Source of the DNA: Candidatus Babeliales bacterium
GTDB lineage: Bacteria; Babelota; Babeliae; Babelales; JANWKD01
Assembly (NCBI GenBank): GCA_963762115.1
Contig: CAVXJH010000003.1
Location: 32,001 to 96,000, forward strand
Direction: 5' to 3'
DNA length: 64,000 nucleotides
Positions 20,974-31,392 of this stretch are shown one piece after another. The position numbers were made by a program, and so were the translations under genes. Position 1 is the first letter of the stretch. Each line of letters starts with the position of its first letter. A model generated the notes under the pieces. The model was not told where the DNA came from. It ran no database searches and saw only the letters and a program-made list of their open reading frames with translations.

Positions 20974-21678
20974 GTGAGCGAATTTCCCTTCCAAAAATTT
21001 ATTAAGCTTGTTGCATTTGATCAAGGCCTTAGGGCGCTTGAACAACAACTTGCAACAATTGTTTCAGAAATGCATGTTCATGAGGCTGAGGTTGAAAAAC
21101 TTTCAGGCGAGCTAGAAGTTGCAAAAAGGCATAAAGATGCCATGCAGCGAGAAGTTGATCGTCAGGAACATGAAATGGCTGCTTTGCAAAAAAAACAACA
21201 AGAAAAAGAACGTCTGCTCGATAAAACAGTTAATGCACGCGAAAGTCAGTCAATTTATCACGAAATTGCTTTAATTAAGCAAGAGCAATTTGATTTTGAA
21301 GAAAACTTGTTACAAGCATGGCATAAATTGGAAGGCAGTTTGCGTGATTATGCAGCGTTAAAACAAGATTTGGAAAATCGCCTTGCTGCTTTGCAAGAAA
21401 AAATAGCACACAACAAACAACAACAAGAAGTTATTAATCAGGCACTTGTTGAACAGCAAGAAAAACGCCTAGAACAAGAGCAAGGCATTCCTTTAGAATG
21501 GCTCGAAAGATATGCATTAATGCGTCGCACTGTTGCCAATCCTGTGGTGCCGGCTGTTGGAAATAGTTGTGGTGGTTGCTTTTATCAAATAATTGCGCAA
21601 GATTTGGTTAGATTGCGTCATAATGCTTTGTTGCAATGTAAAAATTGTTATCGTTTTCTTTATATGGAAACTATATGA
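20974..21678 (+). CDS. Coiled-coil protein with C-terminal C4 zinc ribbon (DUF164/CT398-like)
   Basis: Long coiled coil, then CGGC...CKNCYRFLY. Confidence 0.88.
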   Translation: MSEFPFQKFIKLVAFDQGLRALEQQLATIVSEMHVHEAEVEKLSGELEVAKRHKDAMQREVDRQEHEMAALQKKQQEKERLLDKTVNARESQSIYHEIALIKQEQFDFEENLLQAWHKLEGSLRDYAALKQDLENRLAALQEKIAHNKQQQEVINQALVEQQEKRLEQEQGIPLEWLERYALMRRTVANPVVPAVGNSCGGCFYQIIAQDLVRLRHNALLQCKNCYRFLYMETI

Positions 21679-22193
21679 AACAAATGAGCTTTTTACATGA
21701 TATTTCTCAAACGCCAGTTGTTCCAGAACCATTATTAGTGGTTACTTGGAAATTGTTTATTGATGGTGCATCGCGCAAAAACCCTGGTAATGCAGGAGCC
21801 GGTGTTTACCTTATGAAAAACGATGAAATAGTCTTTAGAAAAGGATTTTTTCTTGGCTGTAAAACCAATAATCAAGCTGAATATTTAGCGTTGTTGTTGG
21901 GCATATTTTATGCTAAAAAACATGTTCAATCCAAAGATTTACTCACCATATTTTCTGATTCAGAATTATTGGTAAAGCATATGAAGGGTGAGTATAAAAT
22001 ACGAAATGCAGAATTAAAACTGTTGTTTGATTTTGCCTTCGTTTTACTCGATGGATTACATTATTCTTTTTGTCATGTATTACGTGAATATAATGTTCAT
22101 GCAGATGCTTTAGCAAATGAAGGTATTGATAAAAAAATTAAAATTCCTCAGGAGTTTTTTACCTTATTACATGCTCATGGCATTCAAATTTAA
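21675..22193 (+). CDS. rnhA: Ribonuclease HI
   Basis: FIDGASRKNPG, TNNQAEY, SDSELLV, REYNVHADALAN. Confidence 0.92.
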   Translation: MKQMSFLHDISQTPVVPEPLLVVTWKLFIDGASRKNPGNAGAGVYLMKNDEIVFRKGFFLGCKTNNQAEYLALLLGIFYAKKHVQSKDLLTIFSDSELLVKHMKGEYKIRNAELKLLFDFAFVLLDGLHYSFCHVLREYNVHADALANEGIDKKIKIPQEFFTLLHAHGIQI

Positions 22194-23475
22194 GCGGTTC
22201 TTTTCTTTACCATTAATTCTTTTTTTATGCATTTCACTTAATGTCACTAAATTGCATTCAATTTCAAAAGGTTCTTCTCGATGGTACAATGGGGTTCAAT
22301 TTCTTAAGAATTTGTTTAAAAGACCGACGTTGCACCAAAAATCAACAAAAATTATACCTCTACACAAAATACAACACTATGAACTTGCTGGCACGAAAAA
22401 AACTGTTTCATATTCTATACGCGTTCTTCTTAACGAGAAAAAAAATAATGATGCGTGGGTGCTAGGTTGTGCAAAAGGATTTGTTTTAACCAATGTGCAA
22501 TCTAATTGCAAAAAGCGTTATGCCGAATCATCGTTAAAAATAAGCTTTAAAAATGGCAATCTTATGGTTAATGGCATGAGAATATCCGAAAAACAGATTA
22601 AAATTGATGCTGGCACTGATCATCTCACCTATGAAAATCATGACTACCAAGGATCATTGCTGCTCGTTGTGGAGCAAGGCCATTGTTATGTGATTAACCA
22701 AATTAATTTAGAAGATTATATTTATTCGGTGTTGCGATCTGAGAGTTGGCCGGGTTGGCCATTAGAAGTAAATAAAGCATTTGCTATTGCTTCACGAAGT
22801 TATGCGATGGTAAAATATCTGGAGGGTGTGAAAGGTAAAAAGCCCTATCACATAAAAAATACCAATGCTCATCAAACTTATAATGGATTTCATACAAACA
22901 AGCTTTTGAAGCAAGCGGTTGAAGAAACAACAGGCTTAATTTTAACGCACAATAAAAAACCGATTATTGCCATGTTCGATTGTTGTTGTGGCGATGTTAT
23001 TCCCGCTCATTTAAATACGATTGATTTTAAAAAAGCTCCTTATTTGGCGCGTAAAGTTCCTTGTACTTTTTGCAAATCGAGTAAAATATATCAATGGAAA
23101 TTAGAATTTGATGTTGATGAATTTCAAAAACTTTTACATGTTTCTGGTTATATGGTTAAACAAATAAGAGACATATATGTTGCCAAAAAAGATAAAGCGG
23201 GAGCGGTTGAAGAAATAATTATAAAAGATCACGATAAGAAGCATATTCTCACGGGCAAACAATTTTATGCGATGGTGAGTAAAGTTAAGAGCTTTTGCTA
23301 TTCTGTGTCGAAAAAAGGAAAAAAAATTCACATTGCAGGAAAAGGGTATGGGCATCATTTGGGTATTTGCCAATGGGGTGCGCGTAATATGATTAATCAC
23401 GGTTGGAATTATCAATCCATTTTAGGTTTTTATTATCCTGGAACAACATTTATGAAGTTAACACCACACGCTTAA
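22177..23475 (+). CDS. SpoIID/LytB domain protein (lytic transglycosylase-like)
   Basis: VINQINLEDYIYSVLRSE, AIASRSYA, GKGYGHHLGICQWGA...FYYPG; start uncertain (22171/22177). Confidence 0.9.
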   Translation: MAFKFKRFFSLPLILFLCISLNVTKLHSISKGSSRWYNGVQFLKNLFKRPTLHQKSTKIIPLHKIQHYELAGTKKTVSYSIRVLLNEKKNNDAWVLGCAKGFVLTNVQSNCKKRYAESSLKISFKNGNLMVNGMRISEKQIKIDAGTDHLTYENHDYQGSLLLVVEQGHCYVINQINLEDYIYSVLRSESWPGWPLEVNKAFAIASRSYAMVKYLEGVKGKKPYHIKNTNAHQTYNGFHTNKLLKQAVEETTGLILTHNKKPIIAMFDCCCGDVIPAHLNTIDFKKAPYLARKVPCTFCKSSKIYQWKLEFDVDEFQKLLHVSGYMVKQIRDIYVAKKDKAGAVEEIIIKDHDKKHILTGKQFYAMVSKVKSFCYSVSKKGKKIHIAGKGYGHHLGICQWGARNMINHGWNYQSILGFYYPGTTFMKLTPHA

Positions 23476-23493
23476 TAATAAAGGAATAGCGGC

Positions 23494-23958
23494 ATGCCAA
23501 ATTATAAAGGACATTTACTAGGCGGTTTTATTGTATTTATGGTAACGATGCTCTTAGTATATAGTCGTTATCATGTTTCATTGTTTACTGGTCTTGAATG
23601 GGGTTTATGCACTTTATTAGGCGCTCTTTTTCCTGATATTGATACAAAAAGCAAGGGTCAAAAGCTTTTTTATCGATTGCTTTTTATTGTTTTGATTTTT
23701 CTGATTTTTCAACAAAAGTTCCAAGTGGCAGTTTTCATCTGTTTAGCGGGTTTTATACCCCTTTTGGTTAATCATCGTGGCTTATGTCACAACATCCTCT
23801 TCATTCTTTCAATTCCCCTCCTGTTTTCATGGTATTTCTTCTTGTTTTTACCTCATTATAGCCTTCTAATCTTGGGCGATTTGCTCTTTTTTACCCTGGG
23901 TGCCATTTCTCATCTTTGGCTAGATAAAGGCCTTGTTCGCATGTTAAAAGCCTGGTAA
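23494..23958 (+). CDS. Membrane metal-dependent hydrolase (YdjM-like)
   Basis: GH..., GALFPDID, HRGLCH, SHLWLD. Confidence 0.88.
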   Translation: MPNYKGHLLGGFIVFMVTMLLVYSRYHVSLFTGLEWGLCTLLGALFPDIDTKSKGQKLFYRLLFIVLIFLIFQQKFQVAVFICLAGFIPLLVNHRGLCHNILFILSIPLLFSWYFFLFLPHYSLLILGDLLFFTLGAISHLWLDKGLVRMLKAW

Positions 23959-23960
23959 AA
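23878..23960 (+). repeat. Direct repeat copy 1 (3' end of the hydrolase gene)
   Basis: 83 nt, 6 mismatches versus 25311..25393. Confidence 0.93.
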
Positions 23961-24080
23961 GTCCTAAATTCACCCCCTTTTGCCCTTATTTTAATAAAGT
24001 ATATAATTAAATATTATTATATAATAAGGATAATATTAATTAATATTACAAATAAACAATTAATTCAATATGGGGGCGTT

Positions 24081-25310
24081 ATGAATTTTTCTATCAAAAA
24101 AACCTTTTGTATTTCTGCTTTACTCTTTTTTGGTGCCTTTTACTCTACCTCTTACTCAGCAAAACCTGAAAGCAAAACCAAAACGTCTGATCCTGTTTTT
24201 TTGCCAACATTAAGTAATCTTAATACCACAACATTCACTATGTTGTCTGAAAAAGATGATCTTTTGCCCGTCAAGGCAATTTCTGAAGTAGTAACTTCGA
24301 TTCATTTTAACTATGAAAAAATGGAACAAATCAATCAAATTGCTCTAAAGAATAAAAATAAATCATTGCGCGCCTATTATACAATTACTAAAGGAATTGA
24401 TTGCCCACAAAAATCAAAGCCTACTTTTATTACCCTTCTTTCAAGAGGATACGCAGATGCGGTTGCTCCTCTGTCGCTTTTACCCCCAAAAAGCTATTTC
24501 AAGCATATGGTTGATTTTATATGTCCTGATTTTAAAGATGCAGGCTCATTACCAAGAAAAGGTGGTGGCGTTTTGAGTACTTATACGGCTTATAGGGATA
24601 ATCTTATTCAAACACCATGCGTTAATTTTGATTATCCTGATACCGATGAGCTTGCAAATTTTGCTCAGCAATTAGATCTCAATTGTTTAAATACAGTTTT
24701 TGAAAATATACCACAGGGCTATACCACTATTGGCTTGGGAACAAGTCGAGGCGCTGTAACATTGCTCAAACGGGAATTAATGAATGAAGGAAAAAACCGT
24801 CCCTGTGCATTAGTTCTTGAATCTCCAATTCTTTCGATTACTGATGTTGCTTCTCAAATTGCGAAAAAATTTGTGTGGAATTTACCCCTCATGCCATCAC
24901 TTGCATATTATACCTTTTGTTTGATTAATCCTGGATTTGATCCCAAAGAAGACAACCTAGAAAATATGCTTGCAACAAAGAAAATTTCCCCCGATTTACC
25001 GATACTATTCGTTCATTTAAAAAATGATCCTACTCTATCTGATAAAGCAATGTTTACTATGGTAAAAGCTCTTGCTTGTTATAATCCTAATATTCATCTT
25101 TTAGTTCTTAACGATACAACAAAGACTGCTCATCACGGCGAGCTACATCACATTGAAGCATTCCAGCACGTTGCTAACACCTTTTATCGTTCTTACAATC
25201 TGCCACACAATGCATTATTAGCTGATAAGGGTGAAAAGTTTTTTGAGATTGCAAAAGAAAACGTATATAAAGCTGCTTCACCAAAAAATTGGCGCCTTGT
25301 TTCGTGTTAA
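24081..25310 (+). CDS. Secreted alpha/beta-hydrolase-fold protein
   Basis: Signal peptide; GTSRGA nucleophile elbow, ALVLESP, Asp (KNDP) and His (AHHG) candidates. Confidence 0.75.
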   Translation: MNFSIKKTFCISALLFFGAFYSTSYSAKPESKTKTSDPVFLPTLSNLNTTTFTMLSEKDDLLPVKAISEVVTSIHFNYEKMEQINQIALKNKNKSLRAYYTITKGIDCPQKSKPTFITLLSRGYADAVAPLSLLPPKSYFKHMVDFICPDFKDAGSLPRKGGGVLSTYTAYRDNLIQTPCVNFDYPDTDELANFAQQLDLNCLNTVFENIPQGYTTIGLGTSRGAVTLLKRELMNEGKNRPCALVLESPILSITDVASQIAKKFVWNLPLMPSLAYYTFCLINPGFDPKEDNLENMLATKKISPDLPILFVHLKNDPTLSDKAMFTMVKALACYNPNIHLLVLNDTTKTAHHGELHHIEAFQHVANTFYRSYNLPHNALLADKGEKFFEIAKENVYKAASPKNWRLVSC

Positions 25311-25393
25311 GATTGGCTCTTTTTTACCCTAGGTGCCATTTCTCATCTTTGATTAGATAAAGGCCTTGTTCGTATGTTAAAAGCTTGGTAAAA
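25311..25393 (+). repeat. Direct repeat copy 2 (degenerate duplicate of the hydrolase 3' end)
   Basis: Begins right after the TAA of 24081..25310; Trp TGG has become TGA. Confidence 0.93.
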
Positions 25394-25438
25394 CACCTTA
25401 AATCTGTTATTAATTCAATCATTTATTTCAAATAGAAA

Positions 25439-25466
25439 TTGACTTTATTATTTTTTTCTATAAAAT
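25439..25466 (+). promoter_or_regulatory. Putative sigma70 promoter
   Basis: TTGACT-N16-TAAAAT, conserved in front of the paralog at 27850. Confidence 0.6.
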
Positions 25467-25509
25467 TAGTTATATGGCTAACAATTTTATAGAATTTAAA
25501 GGAGTTTTT

Positions 25510-27825
25510 ATGGTGAATAAAAAGACAATATTTTTAGGTGTTTTTGCCGTTTTTGCAATGTTTTTACCTTTGAAGGGTATGGAAGAACGCGGCTCAAAAA
25601 GAAGCTTTGAGCAGGCAAATTCTCAAAAAGAAGAAAAATCTGAAAAGTATAAAAAAGTTAGAACAGAAGCTAATGAGCATGAAGAGTATGTTATTTTGAA
25701 AACATTTGATGGACAAGAAATTCAACTGTTAGCAAAATATGCTCGTTGCTCACAAACACTTTGTTATTATATGGATGCTCCTGAATTTAATTGTTTAGAG
25801 CCAATTTCTTTGTCATATAATTCGGCATTTACTAAAGAAAATTTAGAGTATATAAAAAAGTTATTACTATGTATTTATAACGATAATCAAGATCTTGAGA
25901 TTGATACTGAGTTATTTGTATCAATACTAAAAAGATTGCGTGCGTCTACAGAAGAAGCACAACAATTACATGATATTAATGCTTTTTTAGATTTGGATAA
26001 ACAGTTAACTCGCTTAGTTGCAAAACAAGATAAACCGCCTAAGGGACTTTTTTATTTTTTTGCTGAAGATGGGCAAAAAATAGCAATTGCTAAAGATATT
26101 TTAAAACAATATTCCTATTTTTTTAGGTTGATTAATGCTGGTATGCGAGAATCATGCTCGAAGCAACTTTATACGAATCTTCCTTATCTTGATTTGAAGC
26201 TTTTGATTACTTTATTAAATTATTTTCATTCATATAAACAAGAGATTGCATCATTATTACAAAACGTTGAGGTGAGTGAGGACAAAAAAAGAGAATTACC
26301 AGTTTGCTTGGTGAATGCTATTTGTGCAAAAGTAGAAGAATTATTTGTTGATGATAAGAATGCAATATTGGAAATTATTCAACAAGCCCACCAATGGGAA
26401 CTACATGATGTAGTTAAAGGTTTGATGAAATTTCTTTTAAAAAGGGCATTTGATGAAGACATAGGCGATTTTATGGTAAAACTTTCCCATGAGTATTGCG
26501 ATGATTTTTTTTCCTCTGAAGTAATTAATAAAAAAAATGTTGTAAATGTAGCAAGCATATTTATAAAAAAACTACATGAGCAATTATTAAAAACAGCTTC
26601 GCAAGATGAAAAAGAAACGGGTTGTGAAGTATCGGAAAGTTTTTTAAGAGACACTGCCTTTAAGGGATTAACTTTATTTGTAGATTATTTTAAAAAAGAA
26701 CCTCTAGAAATTGATGCTCTTATACATTTACTTCGCAGTGAATTAGATTTCTTTATTGATAATTATGAAAAAATTATGAGTACCTTAGAAATGTATAATA
26801 AAGATATGGTTGCACCGTTGAATGGTTTCATGAAATCTATTTTAGCTTATTCAATGCGAGGGATACATCAAGCTTTTTACACCAGTGATGGAAGACAATC
26901 GATTGTGGGATTTTTATCGGGAAATCGTTGTATTGTTGCAAATAGTCGCATGGATAATCTTTATGTTTTTAATTATCTAACACGGCAAATAGTTTTAGAA
27001 GATGTTTGCCCAAAAAATGTGCTTGGCTCTGCAACTAATGGAAAAAATGTATGTGTTCAACACAATGATGATACACTTAAAATAATAAAATTTGATGAAA
27101 ACGAATTAAAAATTTCTGATTTTGCAATGCCCGATGTACGAATAATAACAGTGTTAGATGATTATATTGTTGTACAGGATAAACCTCATAATAAGCTTTA
27201 TATTCTGGATGATGGTGGCAAAGAAAAATATTCTTTTGATTTTGATGGAAATAATAGAATTGCAGACTGTCTTTTGCTTAATGAAAATACTTTAATTTTG
27301 TTATTTGATTGTTATATTGCGCAAGTGGATTTTGAGCAAGGTAAAATTTCTATTATTTATAAAAATTTAGAAAATTGTCCGATTGTCCGCGCTGTACGCT
27401 TGAGTGAAGAAAAGTTCATTGTTGGTTATGGTAATGGAAAATTATCAATTTTTAATACTAAGGGTTTTATTGAAGATATTAAATCAAATGATGTCATCGT
27501 GGGTGCTTATAATAATAGTATGATATTATATGTCTTTTTAAATATTTTTATGAATATTGACGGTAATTTTCTTATACAAGCTGTATCGAAGGATGGTCTT
27601 AATGAAGAAGTTAGCTGTTGGGAAACAAGTTCAAGGAAGCATATAGATCAATATTCTTTTCCTAAAAAAGCTCTCTTAAAGGGGGTTCAGGGTGGCTATC
27701 TTGTATTTTTGAGAATGAGCCTTGGAGAATCTGAATGGATTATTCAATTTTCACCTTTAATTGCAACAACCCAAGAGATTGTTGAGCATTTACGAAGATG
27801 TAGTTTTAAGTTTTTATATCAATAA
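25510..27825 (+). CDS. Secreted tandem Skp1/BTB-like + beta-propeller (WD40-like) protein, paralog 1
   Basis: AGGAG SD; signal ..LKG-ME; YVILKTFDGQEI..SQTL; second BTB-like YFFRLINAGMRES..; C-terminal beta repeats (FIVGYGNGKLSIFN). Confidence 0.8.
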   Translation: MVNKKTIFLGVFAVFAMFLPLKGMEERGSKRSFEQANSQKEEKSEKYKKVRTEANEHEEYVILKTFDGQEIQLLAKYARCSQTLCYYMDAPEFNCLEPISLSYNSAFTKENLEYIKKLLLCIYNDNQDLEIDTELFVSILKRLRASTEEAQQLHDINAFLDLDKQLTRLVAKQDKPPKGLFYFFAEDGQKIAIAKDILKQYSYFFRLINAGMRESCSKQLYTNLPYLDLKLLITLLNYFHSYKQEIASLLQNVEVSEDKKRELPVCLVNAICAKVEELFVDDKNAILEIIQQAHQWELHDVVKGLMKFLLKRAFDEDIGDFMVKLSHEYCDDFFSSEVINKKNVVNVASIFIKKLHEQLLKTASQDEKETGCEVSESFLRDTAFKGLTLFVDYFKKEPLEIDALIHLLRSELDFFIDNYEKIMSTLEMYNKDMVAPLNGFMKSILAYSMRGIHQAFYTSDGRQSIVGFLSGNRCIVANSRMDNLYVFNYLTRQIVLEDVCPKNVLGSATNGKNVCVQHNDDTLKIIKFDENELKISDFAMPDVRIITVLDDYIVVQDKPHNKLYILDDGGKEKYSFDFDGNNRIADCLLLNENTLILLFDCYIAQVDFEQGKISIIYKNLENCPIVRAVRLSEEKFIVGYGNGKLSIFNTKGFIEDIKSNDVIVGAYNNSMILYVFLNIFMNIDGNFLIQAVSKDGLNEEVSCWETSSRKHIDQYSFPKKALLKGVQGGYLVFLRMSLGESEWIIQFSPLIATTQEIVEHLRRCSFKFLYQ

Positions 27826-27849
27826 AATATTGTTTATTTCAAATAGAAA

Positions 27850-27877
27850 TTGACTTTTTTGTTTTTTTCTATAGAAT
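27850..27877 (+). promoter_or_regulatory. Putative sigma70 promoter
   Basis: TTGACT-N16-TAGAAT. Confidence 0.6.
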
Positions 27878-27922
27878 TAGTAATATAGTTATTATTTTAC
27901 GTATTTAAAGGAGTTTTTTATA

Positions 27923-30256
27923 ATGAATAAAAAGACAATATTTTTAAGTGTTTTTGCTGTTTTTGCAGCATTATCACCCTTAAAAGCGATGGAAGAAGAT
28001 AAGCAGGGTTCAAAGAGAAGCTTTGAACAGGTAAATTCTCAAAAAGAGGAAAAGCCTAAAAAGCATAAAAAAGCTAGAACTGAAACTGGTAAGCAAGAAG
28101 AATATGTTATTTTTGCAACATCTGATGAGAAGCAGGTGAGCGTGTTAAAGAGTGTTGCTCAACTTTCACAAACACTGTGTGGTTATTTTGATGATGCTGA
28201 ATTTGATAATTCACAAGCAGTTCCTTTGTCGAGTGATGAAGCATTTACTAAGAAAAATTTAAAATGCATAAAAAAATTATTGATGTGCATTCATAACGAT
28301 AGCAAAGGTCTTGAGGTTGATGCTGAGTTACTTGGATCAATACTAAAAAGATTACGTGCGTCTACCCAAGAAGCGGAACAATTAAGTAAGATTATGAGCT
28401 TTTTAGATTTAAATAAGCAGTTAAATAATGTAATGGTAAATCAACAGAGAGTGCCTGAAAATCAGTTTTGTTTTTTTTCTCACGATAGACAGGGAATGTT
28501 GGTTAAGCAAGAAATACTATTAAGTTACCCTTATTTTCAGAGACTAGTGCAAGCTAACATGCAAGAATCGATTTCTCATAAAATAGTAACAGAATTATCA
28601 TCGGCTGATTTGCAGCTTTTGATTGCTTTATTAGAATATTCTTATCCATATCAACAACAGATGGTAGCATTTCAAGGAAAATTGAGTGATGAGATGCAAA
28701 ACAGCTTGTCAGCTGCTTTTGTAAAGGCTATTCGTGAAAAAACAGAAGAATTGTTTAAAAACGAAGAGAATTCAATAATGGATCTCATTGCGCAAGCTGA
28801 TCAATGGGACCTTCGTCCTTTAGTTAAGGGTTTGATGGCCTTTGTTGTAAATAATGCATCAGAGCAAGATGTGAGTAGTTTTATTGATGAGCTTCCTACT
28901 AGTTATAGAAAAGAGCTTTTCTCTCAAGAAGTAGTAGTTGATCAAAATAATGCGGTAATGTTATGTAGTTCATTCATCAACAGATTGAAAGCAGCATTAT
29001 TAACTGTTTCTCAAAGCGAAAAAGAATGTGAAAAAACAGAAGATTCGTTAAAAGATTTTGCTGTTGATCAACTGACTTTCTTGGTAGATTATTTTAAAAA
29101 GAATCCTCAACAAGTTGATGCTCTTGCTAAGGTGCTTTGTGATCAATTGAATTATTTTATTGATAATTATGAAGCGATTATTAATACCTTAGAAAATTTT
29201 AATAAAGATTTGATTATTCCTTTTAATGCCTTCTTGAAGGTAATGAGTGCACCGATTTTAAAAGATCTTTGGCATGCGAAGGATAACGAAGCAGAATTCC
29301 GCATTATAGGTTATTTATCGGGAAATCATTGTGTTATACATCAAAATGTTTATTCGTCAAAAGAGCCGTCTAAAAATTATATTTTAAATTATTTGACGGG
29401 AGATAAAAGAAGTTTTGATAATTTGTCTGATATGGATATCCTATCAGTAGATCAAAATGTATGTGCCCAAGGTAATAATGATAAACTTACAATCTTGCAA
29501 TGGGATGGAAAACAATTTGGTAGTCCTTTAGATATAACGCGTAGTGATGGATCAGGATTAGTAAAGGTATCAAATAATTGTATTATTATGCGCAATAGAA
29601 TTAATAATACGTTATACGTTTTAGATGATAAGGGCAAAGAAAAAGGCCGTTTTAATTTTGATGGAAATAATAATCACATCGAAAGCTGTTTTTTGCTTAA
29701 TAACAATACATTAATTGTATCATTTGTAGATTTAAATGGTTATAAGCTTGCTCAAATGAGTTTTGATTCATCTGAAATTACCGTGCTTGATGAACAACCA
29801 GCAGGGTCTAAATTTACTTTTATGACACGTTTGAATGAAGAAGAATTTGTTGTTGGCTATTGTAATGGAAAAATATCGATATTTAATAATAAAACAGGTG
29901 TGAGAACTATTCAAGAAGATGATAGTGTTACTGTCGTTGGTATGTATGATCAAATTATTAAAAAACAAATTAGCGTGTCAGCAATTTTTGCTAGTACAAA
30001 TGGTGAGTTTTTTATAACGGTCCGACAACTAGATAATTATTCTGAATATATACTTTGGGAAACAAAATCGGGTGAAAAAATTTCAACCGATAGGTTTAAC
30101 AACAAGATTTATTTAGTAGCTGTTCAAAACGGACATTATATTTTTCTACCATATAATAGCCGTGAATTATTTCATCAGTTTAATCCTTTAATTGCTACCA
30201 CGCAAGAAATTATCGACTATATGCGTAGTAATAATTTTAGGTTTTTAAATCAATAA
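27923..30256 (+). CDS. Secreted tandem Skp1/BTB-like + beta-propeller protein, paralog 2
   Basis: Collinear with 25510..27825 (GSKRSFEQ, SILKRLRAST, PLIATTQEI...FLNQ). Confidence 0.8.
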   Translation: MNKKTIFLSVFAVFAALSPLKAMEEDKQGSKRSFEQVNSQKEEKPKKHKKARTETGKQEEYVIFATSDEKQVSVLKSVAQLSQTLCGYFDDAEFDNSQAVPLSSDEAFTKKNLKCIKKLLMCIHNDSKGLEVDAELLGSILKRLRASTQEAEQLSKIMSFLDLNKQLNNVMVNQQRVPENQFCFFSHDRQGMLVKQEILLSYPYFQRLVQANMQESISHKIVTELSSADLQLLIALLEYSYPYQQQMVAFQGKLSDEMQNSLSAAFVKAIREKTEELFKNEENSIMDLIAQADQWDLRPLVKGLMAFVVNNASEQDVSSFIDELPTSYRKELFSQEVVVDQNNAVMLCSSFINRLKAALLTVSQSEKECEKTEDSLKDFAVDQLTFLVDYFKKNPQQVDALAKVLCDQLNYFIDNYEAIINTLENFNKDLIIPFNAFLKVMSAPILKDLWHAKDNEAEFRIIGYLSGNHCVIHQNVYSSKEPSKNYILNYLTGDKRSFDNLSDMDILSVDQNVCAQGNNDKLTILQWDGKQFGSPLDITRSDGSGLVKVSNNCIIMRNRINNTLYVLDDKGKEKGRFNFDGNNNHIESCFLLNNNTLIVSFVDLNGYKLAQMSFDSSEITVLDEQPAGSKFTFMTRLNEEEFVVGYCNGKISIFNNKTGVRTIQEDDSVTVVGMYDQIIKKQISVSAIFASTNGEFFITVRQLDNYSEYILWETKSGEKISTDRFNNKIYLVAVQNGHYIFLPYNSRELFHQFNPLIATTQEIIDYMRSNNFRFLNQ

Positions 30257-30263
30257 CATTTTT

Positions 30264-30297
30264 TGGAGAGAAAAAGATTGTTTTCTTTTTCTCTCCA
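30264..30297. terminator. Intrinsic terminator between convergent genes
   Basis: TGGAGAGAAAAAGA/TCTTTTTCTCTCCA stem followed by a T tract. Confidence 0.8.
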
Positions 30298-30313
30298 TTT
30301 TTTATAAACATGA

Positions 30314-31159
30314 TTAGATATTTTCTGTGGTAGTATGTAGGTCAAATAATCGATAGGCAACTTGAGACGTAGTAGTTGCAATTTCATCGAATGGTGTATT
30401 TCTTACATCAGCTAAATACTGTGCAATGGTAAGAATTTGTGCAGGATTATTTTGCTTGCCTCGAATGTTTTGAGGAGGCAAAAATGGTGCATCGGTTTCA
30501 AGAATAATTTTTTCTAAAGGAACTGTTTTTGCAACGGTACGTACTATTTCATTTTTGGGATATGTTATTGTTCCACCAATGCCCAAAACCATACCAAGCG
30601 CGATAGCTTCATCTGCAAAAGATTGGTTCTCTGAAAAACAATGTATGACACCACGTAATTTTTCTTTTCTGAACTCATCAAGGCAATAGAGTGTTTCATC
30701 AGCAGCATCACGACTATGAACGCTTAATGCTAATCCAAATTCAAGAGCTAATTCGATTTGAGCTTTAAAAGCATCTTTTTGTCGTTGCAAATTATAGCCA
30801 GGATAATGACGATCAATACCGCATTCGCCAATACCAACAATTTTATAATCTTTAAGATTGTTGCTTTTCTTATTATTAAACCATAAAGAGCGCATTTCTT
30901 TTAAATCATTGTGCCATGTTGGTGTGCAATCATTAGGATGAATACCAATTGTTGCAAAACAATTTGAGTAATTTTTTGCTAATTCAACACAATTTTTACT
31001 TTCAATTATACTAGTGCCGACGTTGATAATAAGATGAACGTCGTTATTGTGTGCTTGCTCAATTATGGCTGATGCTAATGCAATTTGAGACGATGTTAGA
31101 AGGACATCAAATTCTTTTTTTACCATCATGTTTATATGACAATGTGTATCAATCAGCAT
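30314..31159 (-). CDS. tatD: TatD family nuclease
   Basis: MLIDTHCH, GIHP, IGECGID, VHSR, LETDAPFLPP; ATG 31159 behind AGGAG. Confidence 0.95.
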   Translation of the reverse strand: MLIDTHCHINMMVKKEFDVLLTSSQIALASAIIEQAHNNDVHLIINVGTSIIESKNCVELAKNYSNCFATIGIHPNDCTPTWHNDLKEMRSLWFNNKKSNNLKDYKIVGIGECGIDRHYPGYNLQRQKDAFKAQIELALEFGLALSVHSRDAADETLYCLDEFRKEKLRGVIHCFSENQSFADEAIALGMVLGIGGTITYPKNEIVRTVAKTVPLEKIILETDAPFLPPQNIRGKQNNPAQILTIAQYLADVRNTPFDEIATTTSQVAYRLFDLHTTTENI

Positions 31160-31281
31160 AGAGCTCCTTATAAACAAATTTATACATACTCTTCAATGAT
31201 AATACTTTTTATCTTCTAATGATATTTTTAAGTTTGATTATGATTCAGGTAAGCAATAAAAAGGCCAAAAAATGGTTAAAG

Positions 31282-31309
31282 TTGACAAACTTTTAAATCA
31301 AATTAGTCT
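31282..31309 (+). promoter_or_regulatory. Putative sigma70 promoter of the HU gene
   Basis: TTGACA-N16-TAGTCT. Confidence 0.5.
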
Positions 31310-31392
31310 AAACACGAATATCACAGAATAAAAAAGTGAAGTTTTAATGAAGAAGCAGTGTTTTAACCAATATTAAACAGTAGGAGCAACCT

